Positions 9,672 through 19,101 of a stretch of 64,000 nucleotides of DNA are shown here, piece by piece. A model generated the notes under the pieces. It worked only from the letters and a program-made list of their open reading frames with translations, had not been told where the DNA came from and did no database searches. This stretch comes from an uncultured Bacilli bacterium (GTDB lineage Bacteria; Bacillota_I; Bacilli_A; RF39; UBA660): the NCBI GenBank assembly GCA_947629445.1, contig CANRDU010000003.1, positions 582 through 64,581 on the forward strand, in the 5' to 3' direction. How positions within the stretch are numbered: the first letter of the stretch is position 1; every line of letters starts with the position of its first letter. The position numbers and the translations under genes were made by a program.

Positions 9672-10550
9672 ATGATAAGTGCAAGTTTAGTTAAAGAACT
9701 AAGAGAAAAGACAGGCGCTGGTATGCTTGATTGCAAAAAAGCGTTAGAGGCAACTGATGGATCTATGGATGCCGCTATTGATTGGTTAAGAGAAAAAGGA
9801 ATTTCTAAGGCTGCTAAGAAAGCTGATAGAATTGCTGCAGAAGGATTAGCTGCTATTAAGATTGATGGAAATGTAGCTGCCATTGTGGAAGTAAACTCAG
9901 AAACAGATTTTGTTGCTAAGAATGAGGAATTTACTTCTATGGTAGATATGATTTTGGATGCTATTATTAAGAATCCTGTTTCTACTAATGAAGAGGTTTT
10001 AGCGCTTAATACCGAAGAAGGAACGGTAGAGGAATTAATTGTTGCCAAAACTGCTAAAATTGGCGAGAAGTTAAGTTTCAGAAGATTTGCAAGAGTAACC
10101 AAAAGTGATTCTGAAAACTTTGGTGATTATATCCATATGGGTGGTAAAATTGCCGTACTAGTAGTATTAAATGGTGCGGATAGTGAAGTTGCTAAGGATG
10201 TTGCTATGCATGCTGCTGCTATGAGACCAAGTTATGTAAAATCTAGTGAAGTTCCAGAAGATGTGTTAGAAAAAGAAAAGAATATCATGAAGGAACAACT
10301 TATCAATGAAGGAAAACCAGCTGATAAATTAGATAAAATTTTAGTTGGAAAAGTAAACAAATACTATGAAGAAGTATGCTTAGAAAATCAAATTTTTGTC
10401 AAAGCAGAGAATAAAGAGACTGTTGCTAAATTCGTAGAGAATCATCATGGTAGTATTGAAAAAATGGTTCGTTATGAAGTTGGCGAAGGAATGGAAAAAA
10501 GAGAAGAAAATTTTGCAGAAGAAGTTGCAAAACAAATGGAAGGAAAATAG
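9672..10550 (+). CDS. tsf: Elongation factor Ts
   Basis: VKELREKTGAGMLDCKKAL, EVNSETDFVAKN. Confidence 0.98.
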   Translation: MISASLVKELREKTGAGMLDCKKALEATDGSMDAAIDWLREKGISKAAKKADRIAAEGLAAIKIDGNVAAIVEVNSETDFVAKNEEFTSMVDMILDAIIKNPVSTNEEVLALNTEEGTVEELIVAKTAKIGEKLSFRRFARVTKSDSENFGDYIHMGGKIAVLVVLNGADSEVAKDVAMHAAAMRPSYVKSSEVPEDVLEKEKNIMKEQLINEGKPADKLDKILVGKVNKYYEEVCLENQIFVKAENKETVAKFVENHHGSIEKMVRYEVGEGMEKREENFAEEVAKQMEGK

Positions 10551-10613
10551 AAATATTTTCCTTTCTTTTTATGCCAAAAAGTGATAAAATGAAAGAAGAA
10601 TAGGGATGATGTT

Positions 10614-10958
10614 ATGGGAAGAAAAAAATTACGTTGCCCAAATTGTGGGACACTTATCAAAGATGATGAAAAATCTTGTTCCGTTTGTCATCAATTGATT
10701 CAACGGGAAGAAAAAGAGGATGATGATTTTGAATTAACTGAACAGTTTCCAATTGCGAAGGTTGTTTTCTTAGTTCTAATTTTTATCGGTATTGTACTCA
10801 CGGTAAAAGGGTTTGTAGAGTTTCAGAATGTAGAATATTGTACAGCTGATGATTGTGGGTTAAGGTCTCTTTTTATGGCGGGGGTTGGTCTTATTCTCAT
10901 TATTTCTGCTTCTATTGCTCTTGCCCGTGAAGGAACAAAATATAAAGTAAAAGCTTAG
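10614..10958 (+). CDS. Zinc-ribbon-containing membrane protein
   Basis: CPNCG...CSVCH ribbon then two TM helices with a CTADDC loop. Confidence 0.7.
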   Translation: MGRKKLRCPNCGTLIKDDEKSCSVCHQLIQREEKEDDDFELTEQFPIAKVVFLVLIFIGIVLTVKGFVEFQNVEYCTADDCGLRSLFMAGVGLILIISASIALAREGTKYKVKA

Positions 10959-11536
10959 GTTAATTCAATACCTAAGCTTTTTTCTTCTATGATATGGTAA
11001 GAAAATTCTTCTATATTTGGTAAATAGGATAATGGTAAAAATAATTGATAAGTAACTTCTTCTTGATATTCTTTGGAAAAAACGGGATAGGGTTCTATTC
11101 TATTTTGGACAATTTTTTCTTGTTGATAGGGAAATGTCATTTCTAGAATTACTCCTTCTATTAGATTTATTTTTTTCGCTTGATCAAGTGCCGCAACGAC
11201 ACTATTCGTATAGGCTCTAATTAATCCTCCCGCACCTAATTTTGTTCCTCCAAAGTAACGGATAACGCAAGCAAGAATGTGATCTAAGTTTTGATGCTCT
11301 AATACCTTTAAAATAGGCATACCAGCAGTTCCACTAGGCTCTCCGTCATCCGAGAATCTTTTTTTATTATCGAATATATAGCCGTAACAAATATGAGTAG
11401 CATCCGGATATTCTTTTTGTAGTTGCGAAAGTATTTGATCTACTTCTTCTATATTAGAAAGAGGAAATACTTTGGCTAAAAATTTAGATTTTTGAATTTC
11501 CATCATGGATGATGCTTTTTCTTCGATTGATTTCAT
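10955..11536 (-). CDS. YigZ/IMPACT family protein
   Basis: KSKFLA, ATHICYGY, SDDGEPSGTAG, RYFGGTKLGAGGLIRAY. Confidence 0.95.
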   Translation of the reverse strand: MKSIEEKASSMMEIQKSKFLAKVFPLSNIEEVDQILSQLQKEYPDATHICYGYIFDNKKRFSDDGEPSGTAGMPILKVLEHQNLDHILACVIRYFGGTKLGAGGLIRAYTNSVVAALDQAKKINLIEGVILEMTFPYQQEKIVQNRIEPYPVFSKEYQEEVTYQLFLPLSYLPNIEEFSYHIIEEKSLGIELT

Positions 11537-11636
11537 AAAATCACCAACTTTATTATAACAAGATTTGTCTAAAGTGACAATTATGTCTTTTCAAGAAAAT
11601 GGGAGTCTGCTATAATAATGCACTGTAGGTGGTAGT

Positions 11637-13298
11637 ATGCTTAAAGAAGTAAAAATAGAATTGACTGAACAATGTAAGAGAGAGTGCATTCATTGTTCTA
11701 GTAAGGCGAAGATGGAGCATCCCATCATTATGCCCTATGATGTAGTAAGAAGAGTAATCGAAGAATCGAAAGCATTAGGAGCGCGTTCCATTGTATTTAC
11801 CGGGGGAGAGGCAACTTTATATCCTTCCTTAGAAAAAGTGGTTGGTTTTGCTAAAGAACAGGGACTTCAGACAAAATTATATACGATGGTAGATCCAACC
11901 GAAGAAGGAATTCGTACGATTCAAAAATTAACTTTTTATGGATTAGATGAGATGATATATTCAACGACTTATCGTCTTACGCGGGATGGTGTTGTAAGCC
12001 TTCCTGCCTTAAAAAAATTCTTTCCTAAGTTGTTAGATGAAACACCCATTCATTTAGGAGTTCACCATGCTGTTACAGAGGAAACAAAAGATGATATTGA
12101 AGATGCCCTACAATTATTTTTCTCCTTACCAGAAAATCGTATCAAGCATTTTTCTCTTCTTCGATATGTTCCTCATGGAAGAGGAGATACTACTCTTATG
12201 CTTACCAAGGAAGAAACTTTAGAACTTAGAAAAAATATTCTTCGCTGGAAGGAACAATATGGCGATAAATTCCGCCTTGGTAGTCCTTGGAATTATTTAG
12301 GAATTACACATACTCCTTGTACTGCTGGTGATGATACGATGATTGTTGGATTTGATGGCAATGTCTATCCTTGTGATGCGATGAAATATTTTGATTATTT
12401 AGGAATTGGAGGCAATATCTATCAAAAGTCTCTAGCCGAAATTTATGATTCCTCTTATTTTCAAAGTATTCGAGCCCATAAAGATCAATTGGGAGAAAAC
12501 TGCCAACATTGCAAGCAATTTGTGAATTGTCATGGTGGATGTTTAGGACAAAAGATGGTTCATTATGTAGAAACAGGCGATTTAACTTTTCAGCAGTATG
12601 GATTACTTGCCCTTAGAACCATGAAAAACTTTTCTACTTCTTCAGAGCAAAAAATGAATGGGGAAATGGGTATCATAGGGGAATTAGGAGAATTTATCGA
12701 TTCTTTTAAAAAATATAAAACGCATGGTGTAGAGGAATCGGTAAAAGAAAAACTGAGAAAAAATTTAATGATAGAAGCTGGTGACATTTTATGGTATATT
12801 CCAGCCTCTTTAGGAAATTTTTATGACATGTCTTTTGAAGAAATTGGAAATTACATTTTTCACCAGGAAAGGGGCTATCGAAGAAAAATTACCGCTAATG
12901 CGATTGCGGAGTGTGCTTTGAGTAAGGATCCAGAATGCTTCCTATCGGATGATAGGAAGGACCTCTTTATAAAATCATTAGATAGTTTACCATTAGATGG
13001 TTATTCCTTCGATACCGCATGGAAACGTTTAGTATCTCTTGCCTGTCAAATAATATATGCGAAAGAGAAAAGTGAGGTACTAGAATTAAGTAGTGAAATG
13101 GTAGTTATTTTATCTGCCATTGTGCGAATGGAATTATCTTCTAGTATGGAAGAAGTAGCTTCTCTTAACATAGAAAAATTAAAAAAGCGTTATGAGAGTG
13201 GATTTGATGAAGCAATTGCTAGTTCTAGAGTTACTTTGCTATCGGATTATAAGCAGGAAGAACCAGTCCGAGAATATCCTTATCAAAAACATATATAA
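11637..13298 (+). CDS. Radical SAM/SPASM protein fused to a MazG-like nucleotide pyrophosphohydrolase
   Basis: CKRECIHC, FTGGE, SPASM CTAG...DGNVYPC...CQHC-x5-CHGGC; C-terminal GELGEFID..KK...EAGDILWY and NIEKLKKRY.SGF. Confidence 0.85.
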   Translation: MLKEVKIELTEQCKRECIHCSSKAKMEHPIIMPYDVVRRVIEESKALGARSIVFTGGEATLYPSLEKVVGFAKEQGLQTKLYTMVDPTEEGIRTIQKLTFYGLDEMIYSTTYRLTRDGVVSLPALKKFFPKLLDETPIHLGVHHAVTEETKDDIEDALQLFFSLPENRIKHFSLLRYVPHGRGDTTLMLTKEETLELRKNILRWKEQYGDKFRLGSPWNYLGITHTPCTAGDDTMIVGFDGNVYPCDAMKYFDYLGIGGNIYQKSLAEIYDSSYFQSIRAHKDQLGENCQHCKQFVNCHGGCLGQKMVHYVETGDLTFQQYGLLALRTMKNFSTSSEQKMNGEMGIIGELGEFIDSFKKYKTHGVEESVKEKLRKNLMIEAGDILWYIPASLGNFYDMSFEEIGNYIFHQERGYRRKITANAIAECALSKDPECFLSDDRKDLFIKSLDSLPLDGYSFDTAWKRLVSLACQIIYAKEKSEVLELSSEMVVILSAIVRMELSSSMEEVASLNIEKLKKRYESGFDEAIASSRVTLLSDYKQEEPVREYPYQKHI

Positions 13299-13354
13299 AA
13301 GGGATTTCCCTTTTTTTCGTGCAAAAAGTATGTTACAATAAAACCGGGATGTTT

Positions 13355-14371
13355 ATGAAAGAAAAAATAAAAGAATATATGGAAGCGCTTGTAGAGGATG
13401 GTGTTTTTCCAGGCGCTAATTATGCGATATACTATCATGGTATCACCGTCATGGATAGTGTTGGGAAAAGGTCTTTATTTCCTTATCCAGAAGAAAACAA
13501 TTTAGATACTATCTATGATATTGCTTCTCTAACAAAAGTATTGGTGACGAATGTGTTATTAGCCTATTTAGAAGAAGAAGGAAAAATTGATTTTCAAGAT
13601 TCCTATCAAAAATATTTTCCTTATTTTCGTTATCCTAATGTCACTTTAGAACATCTCCTCACGCATTCTTCTGGATTAGTTCCTAAGTATGATAAAAATA
13701 ATCTTGTAAGGAAAGATGAGTTTTTTGAGAAAATAGAAGCTAAAAATCAACCAGGAGAGGATGTCATTTATTCCGATTTAAATTATATTTTACTAGGATT
13801 TTTAATTGAGAAACTAGAGGGAAAATCACTAGATATTTTAGCGCAAGAAAAAATTTTTAAACCCCTTCATATGAAAGATACTACTTTCCTTCCTACCGAT
13901 AAGATGCGGTGTGCTCCTACGGAAGAGATGGAAAATAGGGGGATTGTTCGTGGTGAAGTTCATGACGAGAAGGCCTATTTTTTAAATGGAGTAGCAGGTC
14001 ATGCCGGTGTCTTTGCAACGGTTCAAGATTTTTTCTTATTTATGCGTGCTATTTTAGAAGGAAAGATACCAAATTTGTCAAAGAAAGCAATTGATCGTTG
14101 GTTTCAAGTTCTTGCTACTTCTAAAACAGGGGTATCCCGCAGTCATAGTTGGATGTTAGCAAGTACTTATAAGGATACTAAGTCTTTTGTTTCTTCTAAT
14201 GCGATTTTGCACACAGGTTTTACAGGCAATGAATGTATTATTGATAGAGATAATGAGTACTTATTTTTACTTCTTTCCAATCGTGTTCACCCGACAAGGG
14301 AAAATACCAAACTAATCGATAGAAGAAAAGAAATGAATGAGACAATTTATCACATAGTAAAAGAGGGATAA
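13355..14371 (+). CDS. Serine hydrolase, beta-lactamase class C / AmiE(YbbE)-like
   Basis: SLTK (SxxK), LLTHSSG, YSD, GEVHDEKA...GVAGHAGVF, HTGFTG; no signal peptide; start taken as ATG 13355. Confidence 0.88.
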   Translation: MKEKIKEYMEALVEDGVFPGANYAIYYHGITVMDSVGKRSLFPYPEENNLDTIYDIASLTKVLVTNVLLAYLEEEGKIDFQDSYQKYFPYFRYPNVTLEHLLTHSSGLVPKYDKNNLVRKDEFFEKIEAKNQPGEDVIYSDLNYILLGFLIEKLEGKSLDILAQEKIFKPLHMKDTTFLPTDKMRCAPTEEMENRGIVRGEVHDEKAYFLNGVAGHAGVFATVQDFFLFMRAILEGKIPNLSKKAIDRWFQVLATSKTGVSRSHSWMLASTYKDTKSFVSSNAILHTGFTGNECIIDRDNEYLFLLLSNRVHPTRENTKLIDRRKEMNETIYHIVKEG

Positions 14372-14372
14372 T

Positions 14373-16142
14373 ATGGATTATATTAAACAAAAACTATCAT
14401 TATTAACAACTAGTCCAGGATGTTATTTGATGAAGAATAAAGATGGCGTTATTATCTATGTTGGAAAAGCGAAAAATCTAAAGAATCGCGTTAGTTCTTA
14501 TTTTCGAGGAACTCATACGGGAAAAACAGCCAAACTCGTTAGTGAAATTGTCGATTTTGAATACATTACCGTAAATAGTGAGGTAGAATCTTTTATATTA
14601 GAGATTAATCTCATCAAAAAATATAATCCAAAGTATAATATTCTATTAAAAGATGATAAAAGTTATCCATATATTGAACTTACAGATGAACCTATTTTTC
14701 GTTTGAAGGTCGTACGTTCTTTAACGCGTAAAAAGAATCAAAAACATCTATATGGACCTTATCCTAATGTTACTGCTGCTAGAGGTGTTGTCAATCTATT
14801 AAATAGAATGTATCCTATTCGTAAGTGTAACACGTATCCTCCCAAAGCTTGTCTTTATTATCACATTCATCAATGCTTGGGATATTGTGTTGAGAAAATA
14901 CCTTCCGAAGAAATAGAAAAAATGAAAGAAGAAATTATTCGTTTCTTGCGAGGAGATCACTCTTTTATTACCAAACGAATTGAAGAAGAGATGCGTACTT
15001 ATAGTGAAGAAATGAAATATGAAAAAGCTCTAGAAATGAAACAACTTTTGAATTATATTACGGTTACGTTAACTCATCAACAGGTAGAAGTAAAGGATAA
15101 TGTCGATAGAGATATTTTTGGTTATTATGTCCATAAAGGATATTTAAGTATTCAAGTATTTTTTATCAGGGGTGCGAAAATCGTAGGGCGACATTCTAAG
15201 ATTCTGCCAATGATTGAATCTGCTTCTGAAGAATTGAATCGCTATATCGCTGATTTTTATCATAATATTTTAAAACCAAAAGAAATTTTAGTGCCGGAAA
15301 TTTGTGAGGAAGGTCTTCTTTCTGAATATTTAGAATTAACAGTTCGTAAACCACAGAAAGGTGAAAAGTTAAAGTTAATTGATATGGCTTCTGAGAATGC
15401 CAAAATTGCTTTAGAAGAACAGTTTGAATTAATTGAAAAAGATGAGAAGAGAACTTATCAGGCGAATGAAGAATTAAGACAAATTTTAGGGTTAGAAAAA
15501 TTAGACCGGATTGAGATTTTTGATAATGCCCATTTATTTGGAACTTATAATGTATCGGGAATGGTTGTTTTTCGAAATGGAAAACCGGCGAAAAATGAAT
15601 ATCGTAAATTTAAAATATCCGTTGATCAAAATGATGATTATGGTACGATGAGAGAAGTGATTTATCGTAGATATTTTAGAGTATTAAAAGATGGACTGGA
15701 AAGACCTGACTTAATTATTGTAGATGGTGGGTTAGGACAAATTCATGTTGCTTTAGAAATTATTGATTCCTTAGGACTTTCTATTCCGGTTGTAGGATTA
15801 AAAAAAGATGATAAACATAGTACTAGTGAATTATTAACGCCTTATCAAGCATTCAACATTGATAAAAAAAGTAACGTTTTTTATTTGTTAGAAAGAATGC
15901 AGGATGAAGTCCATGAGTTTACTATTCATTATCACAAACAAATTCGTAGTAAAGGTTCTTTGAAAAGTGTATTAGATCCTGTTGAAGGAATCGGGGAGAA
16001 AAGAAAAAAACAATTGTTAAAAAAATATAAAACAGTTACGCAATTAAAAAAATTAACGGAAGAAGAATTGAGAACGTTATTGCCCGAAAAAGTAGCTCAT
16101 GAACTTTATGAATATCTTCAAGCCTATGAGACAGAAATATAA
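14373..16142 (+). CDS. uvrC: Excinuclease ABC subunit C
   Basis: GIY-YIG PGCYLM..IIYVGKAKNLKNRVSSYF, RIEIFDN, DLIIVDGG, HhH. Confidence 0.98.
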   Translation: MDYIKQKLSLLTTSPGCYLMKNKDGVIIYVGKAKNLKNRVSSYFRGTHTGKTAKLVSEIVDFEYITVNSEVESFILEINLIKKYNPKYNILLKDDKSYPYIELTDEPIFRLKVVRSLTRKKNQKHLYGPYPNVTAARGVVNLLNRMYPIRKCNTYPPKACLYYHIHQCLGYCVEKIPSEEIEKMKEEIIRFLRGDHSFITKRIEEEMRTYSEEMKYEKALEMKQLLNYITVTLTHQQVEVKDNVDRDIFGYYVHKGYLSIQVFFIRGAKIVGRHSKILPMIESASEELNRYIADFYHNILKPKEILVPEICEEGLLSEYLELTVRKPQKGEKLKLIDMASENAKIALEEQFELIEKDEKRTYQANEELRQILGLEKLDRIEIFDNAHLFGTYNVSGMVVFRNGKPAKNEYRKFKISVDQNDDYGTMREVIYRRYFRVLKDGLERPDLIIVDGGLGQIHVALEIIDSLGLSIPVVGLKKDDKHSTSELLTPYQAFNIDKKSNVFYLLERMQDEVHEFTIHYHKQIRSKGSLKSVLDPVEGIGEKRKKQLLKKYKTVTQLKKLTEEELRTLLPEKVAHELYEYLQAYETEI

Positions 16143-16199
16143 ATTGGCATATTGAGGAAAATGTGATATAATAGCGAATATTTGTGAAGGAGATTAGAA

Positions 16200-17021
16200 A
16201 TGGCAAAAGGTATAAGAGAAAACGCCATTAGTGCGTTATTGATTTGTTCAGAGAAAGAAGGCATTCCTCCAAAAGTGAAATCTATGCTTTTGAATGTACT
16301 ATCATTAAAAGTATTAGAGATAACGAAAGATTTAGAACAAGTCAAATGTTTATTAGCAAGTGAGAAAGGAAAAATAGAGAGTCGGGGAACCGATCTTAGT
16401 GCCTATATGCTAGATAATGGATTATCTGTCAGTGACATTTTGAAATCATATTATCGGCATCGTTTGATAGACACGGAAGGAAATGCTCAGTTAGATTCTA
16501 ATTTAATGGTTTCTGAATATATGTTGATGCTTGGTGTATTTAGCTGGTTAAAAGAAGAAAGAAATCGTCAAGCGAAAGCTGATGAAAAAGAGATTCATAA
16601 AGTCCAAAAGAAAATAAATTCGACAGGATGGCCTGCTATCAAACCATTATCTGATGCAGAAGTAAAAGAATTAGAGAGTTATATCCAGGATAAGAGTTTA
16701 CAATACGAAAAGGAAAGAAGAATGATTTCTTACATCAATCAAGAAAGTAGAATTATTCTAACAGAAATTTTAAATAGTCTCGGTACTTCTTTTGCGCAAG
16801 AACCAAGAGAACACGTTACGCAAATTGTCAAGGCTGCCTATTCTTTGACGTATACATCGAAAAGTGTAGATTGCTTTATGACCAACCGTTCTAGAAGAAA
16901 ACCAGCGGTAGAAAATGATGTGGCATTTTTTGAGAGAATGGGAGAATCTTCCTCTCGCTTAGAAGAAATTATGATGCCTAAAGAACCTGATGCGAAAAGT
17001 AAAATTTATATTCATTCTTAA
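16200..17021 (+). CDS. Hypothetical protein (monocistronic orphan)
   Basis: AAGGAG RBS, own TGATATAAT promoter and terminator; family not recognised. Confidence 0.75.
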   Translation: MAKGIRENAISALLICSEKEGIPPKVKSMLLNVLSLKVLEITKDLEQVKCLLASEKGKIESRGTDLSAYMLDNGLSVSDILKSYYRHRLIDTEGNAQLDSNLMVSEYMLMLGVFSWLKEERNRQAKADEKEIHKVQKKINSTGWPAIKPLSDAEVKELESYIQDKSLQYEKERRMISYINQESRIILTEILNSLGTSFAQEPREHVTQIVKAAYSLTYTSKSVDCFMTNRSRRKPAVENDVAFFERMGESSSRLEEIMMPKEPDAKSKIYIHS

Positions 17022-17046
17022 AAGGACAAAAAATGTCCTTTTTTTC
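17020..17046 (+). terminator. Intrinsic terminator
   Basis: AAAAGGACA / TGTCCTTTT stem plus T tract. Confidence 0.8.
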
Positions 17047-17108
17047 ATGGATATTTTACCTAGGATTTTGCATACAATTATGATATAATAGCAATAAGGA
17101 AGTGGAAC

Positions 17109-18194
17109 ATGAGAGTAGTTATTAGTGCTGGTGGAACTGGCGGACACATCTATCCTGCTTTAGCGATTGTTCGTAAAATCAAGGAAAAAGAACCTAATAG
17201 TGAATTTTTATATATTGGTACGCACAATCGGATGGAGAAGGATATTGTTCCCAAAGAAGGAATTCCTTTTCGGACGATTGAGGTTTATGGATTTAATCGT
17301 AAACAGTTATGGAAAAATGGCAAAGTATTGTACTGCTTATTAAAGTCTAAAAGAATTTGTAAAAAATGGTTGAAAGAATTTAAACCCGATATCGTTATTG
17401 GTGTTGGAGGATATGTAACGGTTCCTGTTTTATCGGCTGCTCATTCTTTACACATGAAAACTTTTTTACATGAGCAAAATAGTGTTCCAGGAAAAGCCAA
17501 CTTAATGCTCGCTCGAAAAACGGATAAAATTGGAGTTTCCTTTGCCTCTTCTATTTCTAGTTTTCCAAAAGAGAAAACAGTTTTTACAGGAAATCCTTGT
17601 AGTGAGGATGCTCTTTTGAAAAAGCCGATGAAAAAATCGGAAATGGGATTAGATGATCATAAAAAATTAGTATTAATTGTTATGGGATCTTTAGGGGCTA
17701 GTAGTGTCAATGAAGTACTAAAAGAAATGTTAAAGACAGTAGATAAGACACCATATCAATTCTTATTCGTAACAGGAAAAGCAGATTATGACGAAATTGC
17801 CAAAATTGCCTTTCCAGCAAATGTAAAAGTAGTACCTTATATCGATAATATGACTTGTATTATGAAAAATGTAGATTTAATGGTAACGCGAGCAGGAGCT
17901 TCTACTTTAAGTGAAATTATGGCTCTTCAAATACCATCTATTTTAATACCGAGTCCTTATGTTCCGAATAATCATCAATATAAAAATGCTCTAGATTTGG
18001 TACGGGAAAATGCGGCTATGTTAATCGAAGAAAAAGATTTAGATGCGAAAAAATTAATGGCCAGTATGGAAGAAATTTTGCTTTCTACTAGCAAGCAATT
18101 GGAAATGAAAAAGAATCTTTCTCATATGGGGGTAAGCAATAGTGCCACTAAGATTTATGAAGAGATTCAAAAATTAATAGAAGGAAAACGATAA
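17109..18194 (+). CDS. murG: MurG glycosyltransferase
   Basis: GGTGGHIYPA, GGYV, HEQN, GSLGA, RAGASTLSE. Confidence 0.98.
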   Translation: MRVVISAGGTGGHIYPALAIVRKIKEKEPNSEFLYIGTHNRMEKDIVPKEGIPFRTIEVYGFNRKQLWKNGKVLYCLLKSKRICKKWLKEFKPDIVIGVGGYVTVPVLSAAHSLHMKTFLHEQNSVPGKANLMLARKTDKIGVSFASSISSFPKEKTVFTGNPCSEDALLKKPMKKSEMGLDDHKKLVLIVMGSLGASSVNEVLKEMLKTVDKTPYQFLFVTGKADYDEIAKIAFPANVKVVPYIDNMTCIMKNVDLMVTRAGASTLSEIMALQIPSILIPSPYVPNNHQYKNALDLVRENAAMLIEEKDLDAKKLMASMEEILLSTSKQLEMKKNLSHMGVSNSATKIYEEIQKLIEGKR

Positions 18195-18195
18195 T

Positions 18196-19092
18196 ATGGA
18201 GATAATCAACGATATTCGTGCGTTAGAAGTAGGAGAAGTTCTAACGAATGTAGATATAAAAGAATATACAACATATAAAGTAGGTGGAAAAGCTTTAGGA
18301 CTTGTCTATCCTAAAGATGTGGAAGGTCTTATTATCTTACTAAAATATCTTAGAGAAAATAATATTAAACATAAAATATTAGGAAAAGGGTCAAACCTCA
18401 TTTTTTCTGATGAACCTTATGAAGGAATTTTGATTAAGTTAGATTCTTTAGATACTTTAGAGATTAAGGGAAAAGAAATTACGGTAGGAGCAGGTTATCC
18501 ATTAATTAAATTAGCGATCCGTCTTTCCCGGTTAGGATATACCGGTATGGAGTTTGCTGCGGGAATCCCTGGTACTGTTGGTGGCGCTATTTACATGAAT
18601 GCCGGAGCTTATAAAAGTGATATGGGATATATTGTCAAAAGTGTGAAAGTTTTAACCCCTAGATATAGTGTCGTGGAAATGACTAATTATGATATGCAAT
18701 TTCACTATCGTTCTTCTTTTTTACAGCACCATAGAGATTATGTCTGTCTAGAAGCAACTCTTATTTTGGAACAGGGAAATCCTGAAGAGATTATGCAGTT
18801 AATTGAAGATCGTAAAAAGAGAAGATTAGAATCTCAACCACTAGAGTATCCTTCTGCTGGATCTGTTTTTCGTAATCCTGAGGGAGATTTTGCTGGTAGA
18901 ATTATAGAGGAAATTGGCTATAAAGGATATTCTATCGGTGATGCTGAGGTAAGTACAAAACATGCAAACTTCATTATCAATAAAGGAAATGCCAAAGGGA
19001 ATGATATTAAGAAACTAATATTAGAAATTAAGCAAAAAGTAAAAGAAAAATACGATATTGATTTAAAGGTGGAACAAGAATTCGTAGAATAG
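18196..19092 (+). CDS. murB: UDP-N-acetylenolpyruvoylglucosamine reductase
   Basis: GKGSN, GIPGTVGGAIYMNAGAY, PSAGSVFRNP, KHANFIIN. Confidence 0.98.
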   Translation: MEIINDIRALEVGEVLTNVDIKEYTTYKVGGKALGLVYPKDVEGLIILLKYLRENNIKHKILGKGSNLIFSDEPYEGILIKLDSLDTLEIKGKEITVGAGYPLIKLAIRLSRLGYTGMEFAAGIPGTVGGAIYMNAGAYKSDMGYIVKSVKVLTPRYSVVEMTNYDMQFHYRSSFLQHHRDYVCLEATLILEQGNPEEIMQLIEDRKKRRLESQPLEYPSAGSVFRNPEGDFAGRIIEEIGYKGYSIGDAEVSTKHANFIINKGNAKGNDIKKLILEIKQKVKEKYDIDLKVEQEFVE

Positions 19093-19101
19093 GAGAATAA
19101 A

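Noticed and set aside
9288-10102. Antisense ORFs 9288-9644 and 9656-10102
   Set aside because: Shadow frames of rpsB and tsf; Ser/Phe-rich mirror composition, no RBS
11637-13298. RiPP maturase interpretation of the SPASM protein
   Set aside because: No precursor peptide, RRE domain, peptidase or transporter seen next to it; not excluded if a substrate is encoded elsewhere
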